61,628 nucleotides of DNA from Calditrichia bacterium (lineage in GTDB: Bacteria > Calditrichota > Calditrichia > RBG-13-44-9 > J075): positions 98,360 to 159,987 of the forward strand of contig JBOEGD010000026.1 in NCBI GenBank assembly GCA_050633245.1, read 5' to 3'. A program made the position numbers and the translations under genes. The notes beneath the pieces are model-generated. The model was not told the origin of the DNA. It ran no database searches and saw only the letters and a program-made list of their open reading frames with translations. Each line of letters starts with the position of its first letter. Positions within the stretch are counted from its first letter, which is position 1. This document shows, piece by piece, positions 46,526 to 56,930 of the stretch.

Positions 46526-46984
46526 ATGCCGAGGCTTATATTTATTGAACTAATAAACCATGGGCCTCAAGTGACTGACAAGACCAAGACATTCTACGAG
46601 CAGGAAGTAGAGCGAATTACCGAAAATCACTACTTCCAGCGGCACCTCTATATACAAGTGAGACAGTCCAAAGCGTTTATGGAGAAATATCATTCAGAGA
46701 ATATTAATTTGCAGGAAATAGCTGCAGCCGCCTCCATGTCCCGCTTTCACTTCATCAGAATATTTCAACAGGTTTATGGATTGACTCCCCGTCAGTTTTT
46801 AAGAGATCTGCGTATTACCAAAGCAAAAGAGTTGCTCAAAAAAGGATTATCCGTTACACAAACCTGTTTTGAAGTCGGGTATGAATCTGTGTCAACGTTT
46901 TCGAGTGCTTTTAAACGCGGTACCGGTTATTCACCTAAAAAGTATCAGATGATGAACAATAGCAATCCGGAAGAAGATTATTGA
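46526..46984 (+). CDS. Short AraC family regulator
   Basis: MSRFHF.R.F...YG.TP, C.EVGYES.STFS..FK; real start may be GTG 46571. Confidence 0.9.
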   Translation: MPRLIFIELINHGPQVTDKTKTFYEQEVERITENHYFQRHLYIQVRQSKAFMEKYHSENINLQEIAAAASMSRFHFIRIFQQVYGLTPRQFLRDLRITKAKELLKKGLSVTQTCFEVGYESVSTFSSAFKRGTGYSPKKYQMMNNSNPEEDY

Positions 46985-47041
46985 GAGAGACTTTAGCATC
47001 TTGTATTGAGTTTAAAACAGAAATAACAGGGAGTATAGGAA

Positions 47042-47431
47042 ATGATTAGAATACACGCAACGAGCGTTATGGTAGACGATCAGGACAAAGCCCTGAAGTT
47101 CTATACAGATGTGTTGGGTTTTGTCAAAAAAACAGAGATTCCCATGGGCGAGCATAAATGGCTTACCGTTGTTTCTCCGGTGGAGCTGAGCGGTGTAGAG
47201 TTGTTGCTGGAGCCCATGGGTTTTGAACCTGCTATAGTGTTTCAAAAGGCGCTGAAGGATGCCGGTATTCCGTGGACGGCATTTGCAGTCGATGATCTAA
47301 AGAAAGAATACAACCGGCTAAAGGAACTCGGTGTTCAATTCTCCATGGAGCCCAAAGAGGTTGGACCGGTAATGATTGCTGTTTTGGATGATACCTGCGG
47401 AAATAATATTCAGCTGCAGCAGATGCTGTGA
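47042..47431 (+). CDS. VOC/glyoxalase family protein
   Basis: V.DQDKAL.FYT..LGF, WLTV.SP, LLLEP, DDTCGN.IQL. Confidence 0.9.
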   Translation: MIRIHATSVMVDDQDKALKFYTDVLGFVKKTEIPMGEHKWLTVVSPVELSGVELLLEPMGFEPAIVFQKALKDAGIPWTAFAVDDLKKEYNRLKELGVQFSMEPKEVGPVMIAVLDDTCGNNIQLQQML

Positions 47432-47453
47432 TGATGAAAAAACAGAGGTTCTT

Positions 47454-47921
47454 ATGAGACAAAGACGTTATATCTGGAGTGTTATCCTGTTTGCCTGTCT
47501 GCTGGCTATGGCATGCAACAACCAGCCTGCAAATGAGTCAGCAATGGAAATAGAATCCACAAAGGAGCATGAAATGCAAGTACATTATGTTGAGATTGTA
47601 ACGAGTGACGTGGCTAACACGTGCGCAGCTCTGGAAAAGGTCCACGGTCTGAAGTTTGGTGATGAGGTTGCAGATTTAGGCAATGCACGTGTTTCCAAAG
47701 CAACAAACGGGAGTTCTGTTGGAGTGCGAGCACCATTAGCTGATCATGAAACCCCAATTGTTCGGACGTATTACGCAGTCGATGATATATCTAAGACAGT
47801 GAGCGATGCCGAAGCAGCCGGGGCTATTGTCGCTTATCCCCCAACCAAACAGGGCGATACCGGAACATGGGCTATTTACATCCTTCATGGCATCCAGTAT
47901 GGGTTGTGGCAAGGGCAATAG
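47454..47921 (+). CDS. VOC-fold protein with lipoprotein-like leader
   Basis: Lipobox AMAC; YVEIVT.DV, GVRAP...E.PIVR.Y..VDDI, GLWQ. Confidence 0.7.
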   Translation: MRQRRYIWSVILFACLLAMACNNQPANESAMEIESTKEHEMQVHYVEIVTSDVANTCAALEKVHGLKFGDEVADLGNARVSKATNGSSVGVRAPLADHETPIVRTYYAVDDISKTVSDAEAAGAIVAYPPTKQGDTGTWAIYILHGIQYGLWQGQ

Positions 47922-47925
47922 TAGT

Positions 47926-48150
47926 GAGGGTGGGGGAGCGCGTGACGGGGTGACAAGGAGTAAAAGCCAAAGACTCTTTAAAGCTTTTCATTCTAAATCT
48001 AATTCATCCTGTCCATCCATGTTGCAAATCCATTTTATCTAATTCACCCTGCCCATCCATGTTGCAAATCCATTTTATCGTATTCATCCATGTTAATATC
48101 CAATGAATCTTTGTAAATAAAAAGGCGATCGCGCTTTTGCACGATCGCCT
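47926..48150 (+). repeat. Dispersed G-rich-head/hairpin-tail element, long copy with internal 40-bp tandem duplication
   Basis: GGGTGACAAGGAG head; 40-bp unit at 48001-48040 and 48041-48080 plus a partial third; tail AGGCGATCG...CGATCGCCT. Confidence 0.85.
48116..48150 (-). terminator. Intrinsic terminator formed by the repeat tail
   Basis: Minus strand AGGCGATCGTGC-aaaa-GCGCGATCGCCT-TTTTATTT, 4 nt after the stop at 48155. Confidence 0.75.
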
Positions 48151-48154
48151 AACT

Positions 48155-49093
48155 CTAATCAGTGGTTACCCAATATGCGTCTACCATAAAATTGCGACCG
48201 CCATATCCGTCTCTCATGTCCATCAGCCGGGGAGAAATGAAGTTAATATTCGACTCACTACTTAGGTTGCAGCGAGGAGATCTTTGCAGAACACCTTCTT
48301 TCACCTGCGCTTTGAATGACTTTACAACCTTATCCTTTGATTTAACGACAAGTTTGTATTCGCCATCTTTTTCACAAAGCATCGATTTTGTAAAGCTGGT
48401 TTCTCCAGAGCTTGTCTTTTGCTTAAATGGTACTCGCAAGAATCGCCACTTGGTTCCGCTTACAGATATTTTCTTGGCACTAATAGCGATCTCTTTACCA
48501 TTACGCATCAGATGCACGCTACAGCTTGCAGAACTTGTACCCTCCGGAAGTTCACGATTATTGCTCCACCAGTAAAACAGTAGCGGAGAATCCGGCTTAT
48601 CGACATTGTCGCCCAGGAACCCGAGTGTGCTCCAGGGGCCCTCACGCGTGAAGTTTTTCCGGGGATTAAATGGGTCTCCGCTACTCTCCATATTCATGGT
48701 AAATGGCACTGAAGTGGCCGCCTCTCCGCCTACATTAATTGTCATAATGTAATCTCCAGGCTCTTCCAAACGAACTGTTCCGGGATGGCCGCTGGGGGCT
48801 CGCAGGCCGGCAAAGGCCGGATACCCATTCCAGCGCTCAATTCGCATCGGAAGACTAACTACTACATCGCCATTTGTTTTACTGATAACGAACTCCACAG
48901 GCTTATCATCAGCTGGTGGAAAGACGAGCTGCAGCTTGTCTACCATAAAACTGCCGTTTTGATTATAGAATCCAATACCCAGTAGCGAAGCATATTCAGC
49001 CGCTGGCGGATATGTTTGTGCCATAATACTCTGATTAGATACAAGTATCCATCCCAGAAAAAATATTCTGATGCATACCTTGAACAGTCTCAT
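48155..49093 (-). CDS. Secreted hypothetical protein
   Basis: Signal peptide ending AQ; two Ig-like G.Y segments. Confidence 0.7.
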   Translation of the reverse strand: MRLFKVCIRIFFLGWILVSNQSIMAQTYPPAAEYASLLGIGFYNQNGSFMVDKLQLVFPPADDKPVEFVISKTNGDVVVSLPMRIERWNGYPAFAGLRAPSGHPGTVRLEEPGDYIMTINVGGEAATSVPFTMNMESSGDPFNPRKNFTREGPWSTLGFLGDNVDKPDSPLLFYWWSNNRELPEGTSSASCSVHLMRNGKEIAISAKKISVSGTKWRFLRVPFKQKTSSGETSFTKSMLCEKDGEYKLVVKSKDKVVKSFKAQVKEGVLQRSPRCNLSSESNINFISPRLMDMRDGYGGRNFMVDAYWVTTD

Positions 49094-49387
49094 ATATTTT
49101 CCCCCATAAGTCGAAGGTGCCGCCTAATAGGTCAGCCCTTTGTAGATGTGATAAACTCGTCAGACAAAAGATCTGACTTTGATTTTTGTAGAGATGCTTC
49201 GCGTAGATGTTTAGCTTATAGCTCTTTCAATTAGTTGAAAGCCCAAAAATTCTGAGCCGCTTAAAACGTGGCTTTTAATCCTAGCGAAGAGAGCATTCGT
49301 GTGCTTATTCAACTATATTTGAAACGTTGAGGTGGTTTTCAAAAAAGTAGCAAATACCGGTAAAATATGCAAAAAATGTTAAAGTTT

Positions 49388-49425
49388 GGGGCGATCGGGT
49401 GACGGAGCGACAAGGAGCCAAAGCT
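49388..49425 (+). repeat. Dispersed element, head only
   Basis: GGGGCGATCGGGTGACGGAGCGACAAGGAGCCAAAG. Confidence 0.6.
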
Positions 49426-49636
49426 TCAATCCGTAATTCGCATCAAAGATTAACCTATTCAAATAAAATGGATTTGAATATGAATTTGGAAGGTTGATAA
49501 CAGTTTGATAATTTGAAGAAAACCATACATGGCTTATGATGTTGAACCCCAATGAATGCTTATTTGCTCTTCCGATTAAATATTAAGTTCGTCCCGGAAG
49601 ATTTAAAGTATTACATCCTTAATGAAAGGATTTCCC

Positions 49637-52600
49637 ATGCTCCGGCTTCTGATTCTATGTAGTTTCGCGCTGTCTCTTTTTGGAAATTCCCTGTTGGCCC
49701 AGAAAAAAAAGGATTCCAAACAGCAAGGGAAATGGACTGAAAGCACGTTTCAGGGCTTGAAGTTTCGATCGGTTGGACCGGCTTTAACTTCCGGTCGAAT
49801 TGGCGACATCGCCGTTCACCCCGAAAAACGTCATGTGTATTATGTGGCAGTGGCATCGGGTGGAGTTTGGAAAACCATCAATAATGGAACCACATGGCAA
49901 CCCATTTTTGATACCCAGGGATCTTATTCCATCGGATGTATCACCCTGGATCCAAATAATCCCTTTGTGGTTTGGGTGGGAAGTGGAGAGAACAACAGCC
50001 AGCGAAGCGTTTCTTATGGCGATGGGGTTTACAAGTCTATAGACGGGGGAAAAAACTGGAAAAACATGGGACTGAAAAACTCGGAACATATCGCCAAGAT
50101 TATTGTCGACCCCCGAAACTCCAATGTTGTTTTTGTCGCTGCTCAGGGCCCTCTCTGGAATGATGGAGGCGATCGCGGGCTTTTTAAGTCGGCGGATGGC
50201 GGTGAGTCCTGGAAAAAGGTTCTGAATATCAGTCCTCAAACCGGGGTTACTGATGTGGTTTACGATCCGCGCAATCCGGACGTGATGGTTGCTTCAACTT
50301 ATCAGCGCAGACGACGGGTATGGACGCTGATAAACGGAGGACCGGAATCGGCAATTTACAAATCTACCGACGGCGGTGAATCCTGGCGGAAAGTCAAAAC
50401 CGGACTTCCCACAGTCGATATGGGACGAATCGGCTTGGCGATTTCACCGGCAAATCCGGATGTGCTGTATTCCATTATCGAAGCAGCCGACGGCAAGGGA
50501 GGTTTTTTTAAATCTACCGATCGCGGTGAATCCTGGACAAAGATGAACAAATATGTTAGCGGTAGTCCGCAATACTATCAGGAACTGGTACCGGATCCCA
50601 AGGATGAAAACCGGGTGTATTCACTGGATACCTGGCTGCATGTGACAGCAGATGGTGGAAAGACCATAAAGAAGGTGGGCGGAAAATTCAGGCATGTGGA
50701 TGATCATGCATTGTGGATTGACCCTGAAGATCCGGAGTATTTGCTGGTCGGTTGCGACGGTGGCGTATACGAAAGCTTTGACCGAGGGGCAACCTGGCAT
50801 TTTAAAGCGAACTTACCCATTACCCAGTTTTATCGTGTTGCGGTTGATAACGACGAGCCGTACTACAATATATATGGGGGAACTCAAGATAACTTCACGC
50901 TGGGCGGTCCATCACAGACCACCAATATCCAGGGCATTACCAACCGGGACTGGTTTGTAACGCTGGGGGGCGATGGATTTGAGCCGGCAATTGATCCGAC
51001 GGATCCCAATATCATTTATTCTCAATACCAATATGGTGGATTAGTTCGATTTGATAAAAAAAGTGGTGAAACGTTGTTTATTCGCCCGCAGGCTGGCAAG
51101 GGAGAAGCACCTCTGCGCTGGAACTGGGATTCTGCTTTGTTGATTAGCCCGCACAATCATAAGCGCATCTTTTTTGCCGCGCAGAAAGTTTTTCGTAGTG
51201 ATGACCGCGGCGCTTCATGGACGACGATTAGCCCGGATTTAACGCGTGATCTCGATCGTAATCAGCTGGAAGTGATGGGCAAAATTCAGTCGGTTGATGC
51301 CGTTGCTAAAAATAAATCGACCTCATTCTATGGAACCATCGTGTCTCTGGATGAATCCCCTCTTAAGGAAGGCTTAATGTATTCCGGTAGTGACGATGGT
51401 TTGATTCAGGTAACGGAAGATGGTGGTAAAAACTGGCGACGAATCGATCGCTTTCCCGGCATCAAGGGGATGCCCTATATCAGTGACGTTTTGGCATCCC
51501 GACATCAAGAGAATGTGGCTTATGCTGCATTGGATGCCCATAAAGATGGTGATTTCAAACCGTATATTTTGAAGAGCAATAATCGCGGGGCTTCCTGGAC
51601 TTCTATTAGTGGAAACCTGCCGAAAAGAGGAACTGTTTACAGCATCGTAGAGGATCATGAAAATCCCAATCTGCTGTTTGCCGGTACGGAATTCGGCGTG
51701 TTTTTTACAGTTGATAGTGGCAAGCGTTGGGTTCAGCTAAAAGGGGGAATTCCGGTGATTGCCGTTCGGGACCTCGACATTCAGCGACGGGAAGACGATC
51801 TGGTGGCTGGAACCTTTGGGCGAGGATTTTATGTGCTGGATGATTACTCCATGTTGCGAACACTTACCCCCGGTTCTTTGGAGAAGGACGCGCAGCTATT
51901 TGCCGTTAAAGATGCGCTCGCTTATATGCCGGATGCCCCGCTCGGCTTACCTGATAAATCGTTTCAGGGTGATTCCTATTATACCGCACCCAATCCCCCA
52001 TTTGGTGCTGTTTTTACCTACTATCTTCGCGATGGGCTAAAAAGTTTAAAGCAAAATCGCCAGGCGCGAGAGAAGAATAGCGCTGGCGCGCAATACCCTG
52101 GTTGGGATGAATTGAGAGCGGAAGATCGGGAGCAAAAACCCGAAATTATTTTGACTGTAAAAGACAAAGCTGGCAATATTGTTCGCACAATTAGCGGACC
52201 CGTTAAAGCGGGTTTTCATCGGGTTGCCTGGGATCTGCGCTATCCGGCATTAAACCCGACTGATTTAACGCCACCCTCGGATGATAACCCCTTTCGTAGC
52301 AAGCCATCCGGTCCTTTGGCAGTTCCGGGAAAATATCAGATTGAACTGAAGAAGCGGGTTAACGGTCAGGAAACCCCATTGGCCGAAGCTAAACAGTTTA
52401 CAGTAAACTCACTGGGGTTGGCAAGCTTGCCGGCAGCGGATAAAGCAACGTTGCTGGCTTTTCAGCAAAAAACGGCGCGATTACAGCGGGCCGTTTTGGG
52501 CGCCAACACGCTGGTTGGTGATGCTTCCAGTCGCCTGGCTCATATTAGAAAGGCCATACAATATACCAATTCACGTGGAGGTGATTGGATCTCCCGAACG

Positions 52601-52915
52601 GAGAAGATGGTTAACGATCTGAAGGATATTCAGCGTTTACTGCAAGGAGATCGTACCATTTCCCGGCGGAGTGAACCGGCACCAATGTCTATTACCCGGC
52701 GCATGGGTGAAATTATTCAGGCACAGTGGGCATCTTCATCGGCTCCGACCCAAACGAGTGAAACGGCTTACGACCTTGCAGCGGATGAATTTGCATCCGT
52801 ATTACCGCAGCTGAAGAAGCTGATTACAGTGGATCTGAAAAAGCTGGAAGACGAATTGGAAATTGCCGGTGCGCCATTTACTCCGGGTAGATTTCCGGTC
52901 TGGGAGAAGGAGTAA
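49637..52915 (+). CDS. VPS10/sortilin-like BNR-repeat protein (GH74-related beta-propeller)
   Basis: FRSVGPA..SGRI; many S.DGG.SW Asp boxes; G.DGG, GG.QDN, GDGF, R.NW; signal peptide; start 49637 or 49622. Confidence 0.9.
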   Translation: MLRLLILCSFALSLFGNSLLAQKKKDSKQQGKWTESTFQGLKFRSVGPALTSGRIGDIAVHPEKRHVYYVAVASGGVWKTINNGTTWQPIFDTQGSYSIGCITLDPNNPFVVWVGSGENNSQRSVSYGDGVYKSIDGGKNWKNMGLKNSEHIAKIIVDPRNSNVVFVAAQGPLWNDGGDRGLFKSADGGESWKKVLNISPQTGVTDVVYDPRNPDVMVASTYQRRRRVWTLINGGPESAIYKSTDGGESWRKVKTGLPTVDMGRIGLAISPANPDVLYSIIEAADGKGGFFKSTDRGESWTKMNKYVSGSPQYYQELVPDPKDENRVYSLDTWLHVTADGGKTIKKVGGKFRHVDDHALWIDPEDPEYLLVGCDGGVYESFDRGATWHFKANLPITQFYRVAVDNDEPYYNIYGGTQDNFTLGGPSQTTNIQGITNRDWFVTLGGDGFEPAIDPTDPNIIYSQYQYGGLVRFDKKSGETLFIRPQAGKGEAPLRWNWDSALLISPHNHKRIFFAAQKVFRSDDRGASWTTISPDLTRDLDRNQLEVMGKIQSVDAVAKNKSTSFYGTIVSLDESPLKEGLMYSGSDDGLIQVTEDGGKNWRRIDRFPGIKGMPYISDVLASRHQENVAYAALDAHKDGDFKPYILKSNNRGASWTSISGNLPKRGTVYSIVEDHENPNLLFAGTEFGVFFTVDSGKRWVQLKGGIPVIAVRDLDIQRREDDLVAGTFGRGFYVLDDYSMLRTLTPGSLEKDAQLFAVKDALAYMPDAPLGLPDKSFQGDSYYTAPNPPFGAVFTYYLRDGLKSLKQNRQAREKNSAGAQYPGWDELRAEDREQKPEIILTVKDKAGNIVRTISGPVKAGFHRVAWDLRYPALNPTDLTPPSDDNPFRSKPSGPLAVPGKYQIELKKRVNGQETPLAEAKQFTVNSLGLASLPAADKATLLAFQQKTARLQRAVLGANTLVGDASSRLAHIRKAIQYTNSRGGDWISRTEKMVNDLKDIQRLLQGDRTISRRSEPAPMSITRRMGEIIQAQWASSSAPTQTSETAYDLAADEFASVLPQLKKLITVDLKKLEDELEIAGAPFTPGRFPVWEKE

Positions 52916-52922
52916 AACTTTA

Positions 52923-53052
52923 GGAGCGGGCGACAAGACGAGCAAGTGAAGGGGAGACGGGTGACAAGTAGACTAGGAGCAAAAGACAACGTTTCTTTTA
53001 TGCATTTCTATCCACGTCAGGATCGAGCAATCTTAGTAAATAAAAAAAGGCT
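52923..53052 (+). repeat. Dispersed G-rich-head element copy
   Basis: GGGTGACAAGTAGA..AGGAGCAAAAGAC...ATCCACGTCAG...GTAAATAAAAAAAGGC. Confidence 0.75.
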
Positions 53053-53506
53053 GCAAGTTTTTTTAGCCCTTTGAGTTGTGACTCACCCCTCGGGTTTCGC
53101 TGACGCTCAATGGTAGAACCCAACCCTGCTTTTTTTTGAACGGGACATGGATTTTCAGCCCTGCTTGGGAGATGCGAGCCAGGTTTAGGTTCTTAACGTA
53201 ACAATCAATTGTTATTGATGATGCTTAGCTGAGAGGAGGTAGAGGATATTTGAGGGCATTTTAGGACACTTGAGAGCACTTAAAAGCCCAAATGCTTAAG
53301 TATTCCGCAGAGTGTGTTGACTTATTGTGGAATTTTATGCCGAGGGATAAACCTCCTCCCCCCAGCATAAATATCTTTTCAAAAAATATAAGGTGATTTC
53401 GAACGGTTGGTTTTTTTCATCCTCAAGGTTTAAACCCTATAAAGGTAGGTAAACCGCCACTTAAACAAGCTAGATATCAGTCGCTTTTAGACCACCACCT
53501 AATAAT

Positions 53507-54001
53507 TTACGTGTAGCTTTTGTAAATTTCTGCATAATTATCCTTATTTACCGTTTTCCCTGTTTCTGTGTAATACTTCATGCCAAAAAGATGTTTAAGC
53601 AGAGATTTACCCAGTTGACCTCTCATCAAATATATCATAAAGCCAGGAGAGGTTGAAGCAAAAGAAGTCATCTTTACTTCGGTCTTTTCATTTCCAATTG
53701 AAGATATTTCATAGGTAGCAGACATTTCTTTTAAAAATGGTAAATTATGCTCTGTAACTACTACGGTAAAGCTATCATTTCCATTTACCTCAGTTATCTT
53801 TTCTTCTAGAAATAACTTTTCATCAAACTTACAATGTCTCACACAATTTAATTCTCCTTTTGAAGCGCTGTGCATATAGTTAGATGCTATCATGGTCGGA
53901 TTGTGTATATGGATATCCCCATATTGATTAAATAAAACCTCCCACGTTTTTTCTTTAGAAGCATTGATTACTTCTCTAAATTCCGATTTGTTCATTGCCA
54001 T
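53507..54001 (-). CDS. SRPBCC (polyketide cyclase-like) protein
   Basis: INAS.EK.W.VL, R.C.F, LEE.I.E, K.Y.ETG. Confidence 0.85.
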   Translation of the reverse strand: MAMNKSEFREVINASKEKTWEVLFNQYGDIHIHNPTMIASNYMHSASKGELNCVRHCKFDEKLFLEEKITEVNGNDSFTVVVTEHNLPFLKEMSATYEISSIGNEKTEVKMTSFASTSPGFMIYLMRGQLGKSLLKHLFGMKYYTETGKTVNKDNYAEIYKSYT

Positions 54002-54304
54002 AATTTTCCTTTCTGATTGAAATTAAAAATACAAATTACTTTCATTAAGGAACTATAAACAGGAGATATTTTCACATTTGAAGCTTTGGGTCATATGGAC
54101 GCCTCAAGGAACTTGGTCTTGCCCTTCGACTACAACCGGGTGGACACTCGCGCATATATGACGATTTTCATCTCTTTGTCCCCGGGGCAAAAACTCCTGA
54201 AGAGTTAGGCTCTCATTTTCATGGCATTTACCGAACCTATTTTTCTATAAATAACCTATGATGTGAATTACATGTTGAACTTATGTCACAATTTGAAACG
54301 AAAA

Positions 54305-54395
54305 TGTCGTGCTGAGCGGAGTCGAAGTGCACATTTTCGTGAATTATGCCCTTGAAATTACTTTTCTTCGCGCCTCGGCTCCGCTCGGCGTGACA
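54305..54395. repeat. REP-like inverted pair
   Basis: TGTCGTGCTGAGCGGAGTCGAAG and CCTCGGCTCCGCTCGGCGTGACA, same family as 15409-15495. Confidence 0.85.
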
Positions 54396-54495
54396 AGAAT
54401 GTAATTATAGCTCTCAACCCGTAATTCGCATTTATGGGCAAAAAGTAGTGCTATTACCCACGCGTTCATTTACATGTGAAACTTCGTGATATCCT

Positions 54496-55716
54496 TTATT
54501 TCAATAACACCAGCTTTTTGCTCAGTGAAATTCCATCAACCTCCAGGCGATAGAGATAAACACCAGCAGCTGTTTGACCGGCAATCCAATCTGCTGAATG
54601 TGATCCTGCAGGAAGGCTCTCATCGACCAGGCTGGCGACTTTTTCTCCGGCGATATTGAAGATCGTCAGTCGCACATGGCTGCTGCCGGAAATGCTGAAT
54701 TCGATAGTGGTTTTGGGATTGAAGGGGTTCGGATAGTTTTGAGAGAGCTGGAATGCTGCCGGGAAAGCGTCAGTAGGATCATTAATTCCAGAGACCGTGA
54801 TCAGCCCATTGATGTCATATCGAGATAAAAATGTCCATATCTCCGCTGAGGCATCGATATCACGGTTGAGATTCCCGGACTGATTGTTAACAGCTGAACC
54901 GGGCCATTGGTGTCCACCGCCAGTGACTTTAAAGTGCTCTGTGTTAATGTCGTTATCACCACCATTATAGACAATATGTTCAACCGTGCTACCGTCTGAA
55001 GGATCGATGTCGGGAATCTGCGTCGTAACGGGGGTCGGAGTATTATTATTGTAAACAACCCAGTATTGAAGTGCATCAACAATGGATCTTGACCAGTTGG
55101 CACCGTTATAGGGAACGATATTGTCGGTGGTTCCATGTATCTGTAGCACCGGGGTAGGATGCTCAGGGCTACAATTATTATAGGTCTGCGGGGTCATCGA
55201 CCCGCCAACCGATGCGATCGCTGCAATTCTTTCACCGATTTGACATGCCAGAAGAAAACTCAAATAGCCACCATTGGAGAACCCGGTGCTATAAACTCTC
55301 AGTGGATCGATGCTGTATTCAGCGGAAATCGAATCAATCAGTGCGTCGCTAAATCCGATGTCATCAGCGGTGCTGCCTATAGTAAAGCCACCAACATTCC
55401 AATGTGTATTGCCATTGAATATCGTGCCCTGCGGATAGGCTAGAATAAATCCGGCTGTATCGGCAATGCTTCGAAAATCACCCTGAAGCATATAGCCGTT
55501 GTTGGTCTGTCCAAGACCATGGTAGCTCAGCACCAGCGGAACAGGTGAACCCGCAACATAGCTGGCCGGAATATAGAGAATATAGGTTCGCTGTATGTTG
55601 TCGTGGGTGATTGAAGAGTTTATCGTTTGCTGTGCCAAAGCGGTAAATGACACTAGCAGGCTGTACAGAATTACTCTGGTAATTATGCAGAATGGTTGCG
55701 TTTTCTTCATATGCAT
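54496..55716 (-). CDS. PHB depolymerase/LpqC-like esterase with Por/FlgD C-terminal domain
   Basis: PLVL.YHG, YPQG, GFSNGG nucleophile, HGTTD, GGGH.WPG; QNYPNPFNP CTD. Confidence 0.9.
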   Translation of the reverse strand: MHMKKTQPFCIITRVILYSLLVSFTALAQQTINSSITHDNIQRTYILYIPASYVAGSPVPLVLSYHGLGQTNNGYMLQGDFRSIADTAGFILAYPQGTIFNGNTHWNVGGFTIGSTADDIGFSDALIDSISAEYSIDPLRVYSTGFSNGGYLSFLLACQIGERIAAIASVGGSMTPQTYNNCSPEHPTPVLQIHGTTDNIVPYNGANWSRSIVDALQYWVVYNNNTPTPVTTQIPDIDPSDGSTVEHIVYNGGDNDINTEHFKVTGGGHQWPGSAVNNQSGNLNRDIDASAEIWTFLSRYDINGLITVSGINDPTDAFPAAFQLSQNYPNPFNPKTTIEFSISGSSHVRLTIFNIAGEKVASLVDESLPAGSHSADWIAGQTAAGVYLYRLEVDGISLSKKLVLLK

Positions 55717-55862
55717 TTCCCCGGCTGGTTAAGATAGGTGAAGGAGAATGATTTCTCCAGTTGCATCTGACTCAGATTTGTGGTGATTTAGTGGTTGTAA
55801 GTCTTGAACGGGTAATCAGATCAGATGTTCCGCTACACCGGTTACCGGTATATTACATTAGA

Positions 55863-55899
55863 CTGAAAAGGCCTGATTGAGAAACCCTCAATCAGGCCT
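55863..55899 (-). terminator. Intrinsic terminator after the HupE/UreJ gene
   Basis: Perfect 13-bp stem AGGCCTGATTGAG/CTCAATCAGGCCT. Confidence 0.75.
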
Positions 55900-55940
55900 A
55901 AGCTTTTGTTTTATTCCTTGGTGGCACCAAAATCCTACTT

Positions 55941-56687
55941 TTAAAACACCCTTTCAATAAACCAGAATATGCCAACCAGGGCAATCATTAGTGACGCTGG
56001 AATTTGTATCCGCTGGCGATACCAGCTTTTGTGTCTAATAAACCACACTAATGCCGCAGCAATAAGTAATACCAGCAGCTGACCCAGCTCCACACCGATA
56101 TTAAACGCCAATAATGAAGGCACAAAACTGCCTTTAGGTAATCCATATGCACTTAACACAGCGGCAAAACCCAGGCCGTGTAGTAAGCCGAAGCCAAATA
56201 CGATGAAAGGGCGCCACTTGTTCGTTTGTTCAAACACACAATTTTCGACAGCTATCCAGACGATGGAAAGAGCAATAAGAGGTTCTACTATATCGGCTGG
56301 AATCTGTATAAAACCTAATGCAGCAAGTGCTAATGTGATGGTGTGAGCAAGCGTAAAAGCGGTTACCTGCCAGAGTAGCGATCTTAAAATAAGGCTGGAA
56401 AAAAATAGCCCTAATACAAAGAGAATATGATCCAGGCCTTTGGGGATTATATGTTCTATACCTGCCCGAATAAATAGCAAAAACTTTTCTTGCCAGGGCA
56501 TGGCCGCCAGTTGACGCGTTCGCTGACGTTTTAAGGCTGCTTTGTATTCAGCAGCCATTTGCTGATCTTCGAAGGTGAGTTGTCCCTGTTCGATTTCCAG
56601 AATAACAAGTTCGTCTTCTGTGTGAGAGAAAACTGTAAAACTTGAACATAAGACAATGCAAAAAAGAAGTGTTTTAAGTAGCCTCAT
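55941..56687 (-). CDS. HupE/UreJ family membrane protein
   Basis: G.EHI...GLDHILF, TAFTLAHTITL, FGLLHGLGFA, FNIGVELGQ. Confidence 0.9.
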   Translation of the reverse strand: MRLLKTLLFCIVLCSSFTVFSHTEDELVILEIEQGQLTFEDQQMAAEYKAALKRQRTRQLAAMPWQEKFLLFIRAGIEHIIPKGLDHILFVLGLFFSSLILRSLLWQVTAFTLAHTITLALAALGFIQIPADIVEPLIALSIVWIAVENCVFEQTNKWRPFIVFGFGLLHGLGFAAVLSAYGLPKGSFVPSLLAFNIGVELGQLLVLLIAAALVWFIRHKSWYRQRIQIPASLMIALVGIFWFIERVF

Positions 56688-56721
56688 AAGCGTAGCGGGT
56701 ACTATTACTAATGTGGGTCAT

Positions 56722-56862
56722 GGGTTGAAAGAAAGTATGCTAATCTTGACTCTTGCCCTCCCCTTCGGCTGCGCTCAGGGAGCGGGCACTTACGTTCCCC
56801 GAGCGTAGCCGAGGGGAAAAGCTGCGAATTTCAGTATTAATCAGGATTATTTCTTTCAACTC
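56722..56862. repeat. Nested palindromic element with an internal REP pair
   Basis: Outer GGGTTGAAAGAAA/TTTCTTTCAACTC; inner CCCTTCGGCTGCGCTCAGGGAGCG and CGTTCCCCGAGCGTAGCCGAGGGG (56761-56816). Confidence 0.75.
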
Positions 56863-56880
56863 AAAATTCGTATTAAAAAC

Positions 56881-56912
56881 AAAAAGCGGTTCGGATTTCC
56901 GAGCCGCTTTTT
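56881..56912 (-). terminator. Intrinsic terminator after dcp (possibly bidirectional)
   Basis: AAAAAGCGGTTCGG-attt-CCGAGCCGCTTTTT. Confidence 0.8.
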
Positions 56913-56930
56913 GAATACGTTTGAGCCGGG

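Noticed and set aside
22366-47431. Other TGA-ending ORFs as selenoproteins
   Set aside because: Those I checked end at natural domain ends or ATGA overlaps, with no Cys-motif context
47997-48095. 40-bp repeats as a CRISPR array
   Set aside because: Units are directly adjacent with no spacers, only about 2.4 copies, and no cas genes; this is a tandem duplication inside the dispersed element
53085-53375. tRNA/tmRNA fragment or IS end in this intergenic region
   Set aside because: Only short hairpins and a degenerate REP-like stretch; no T-loop/CCA end, terminal inverted repeats or transposase
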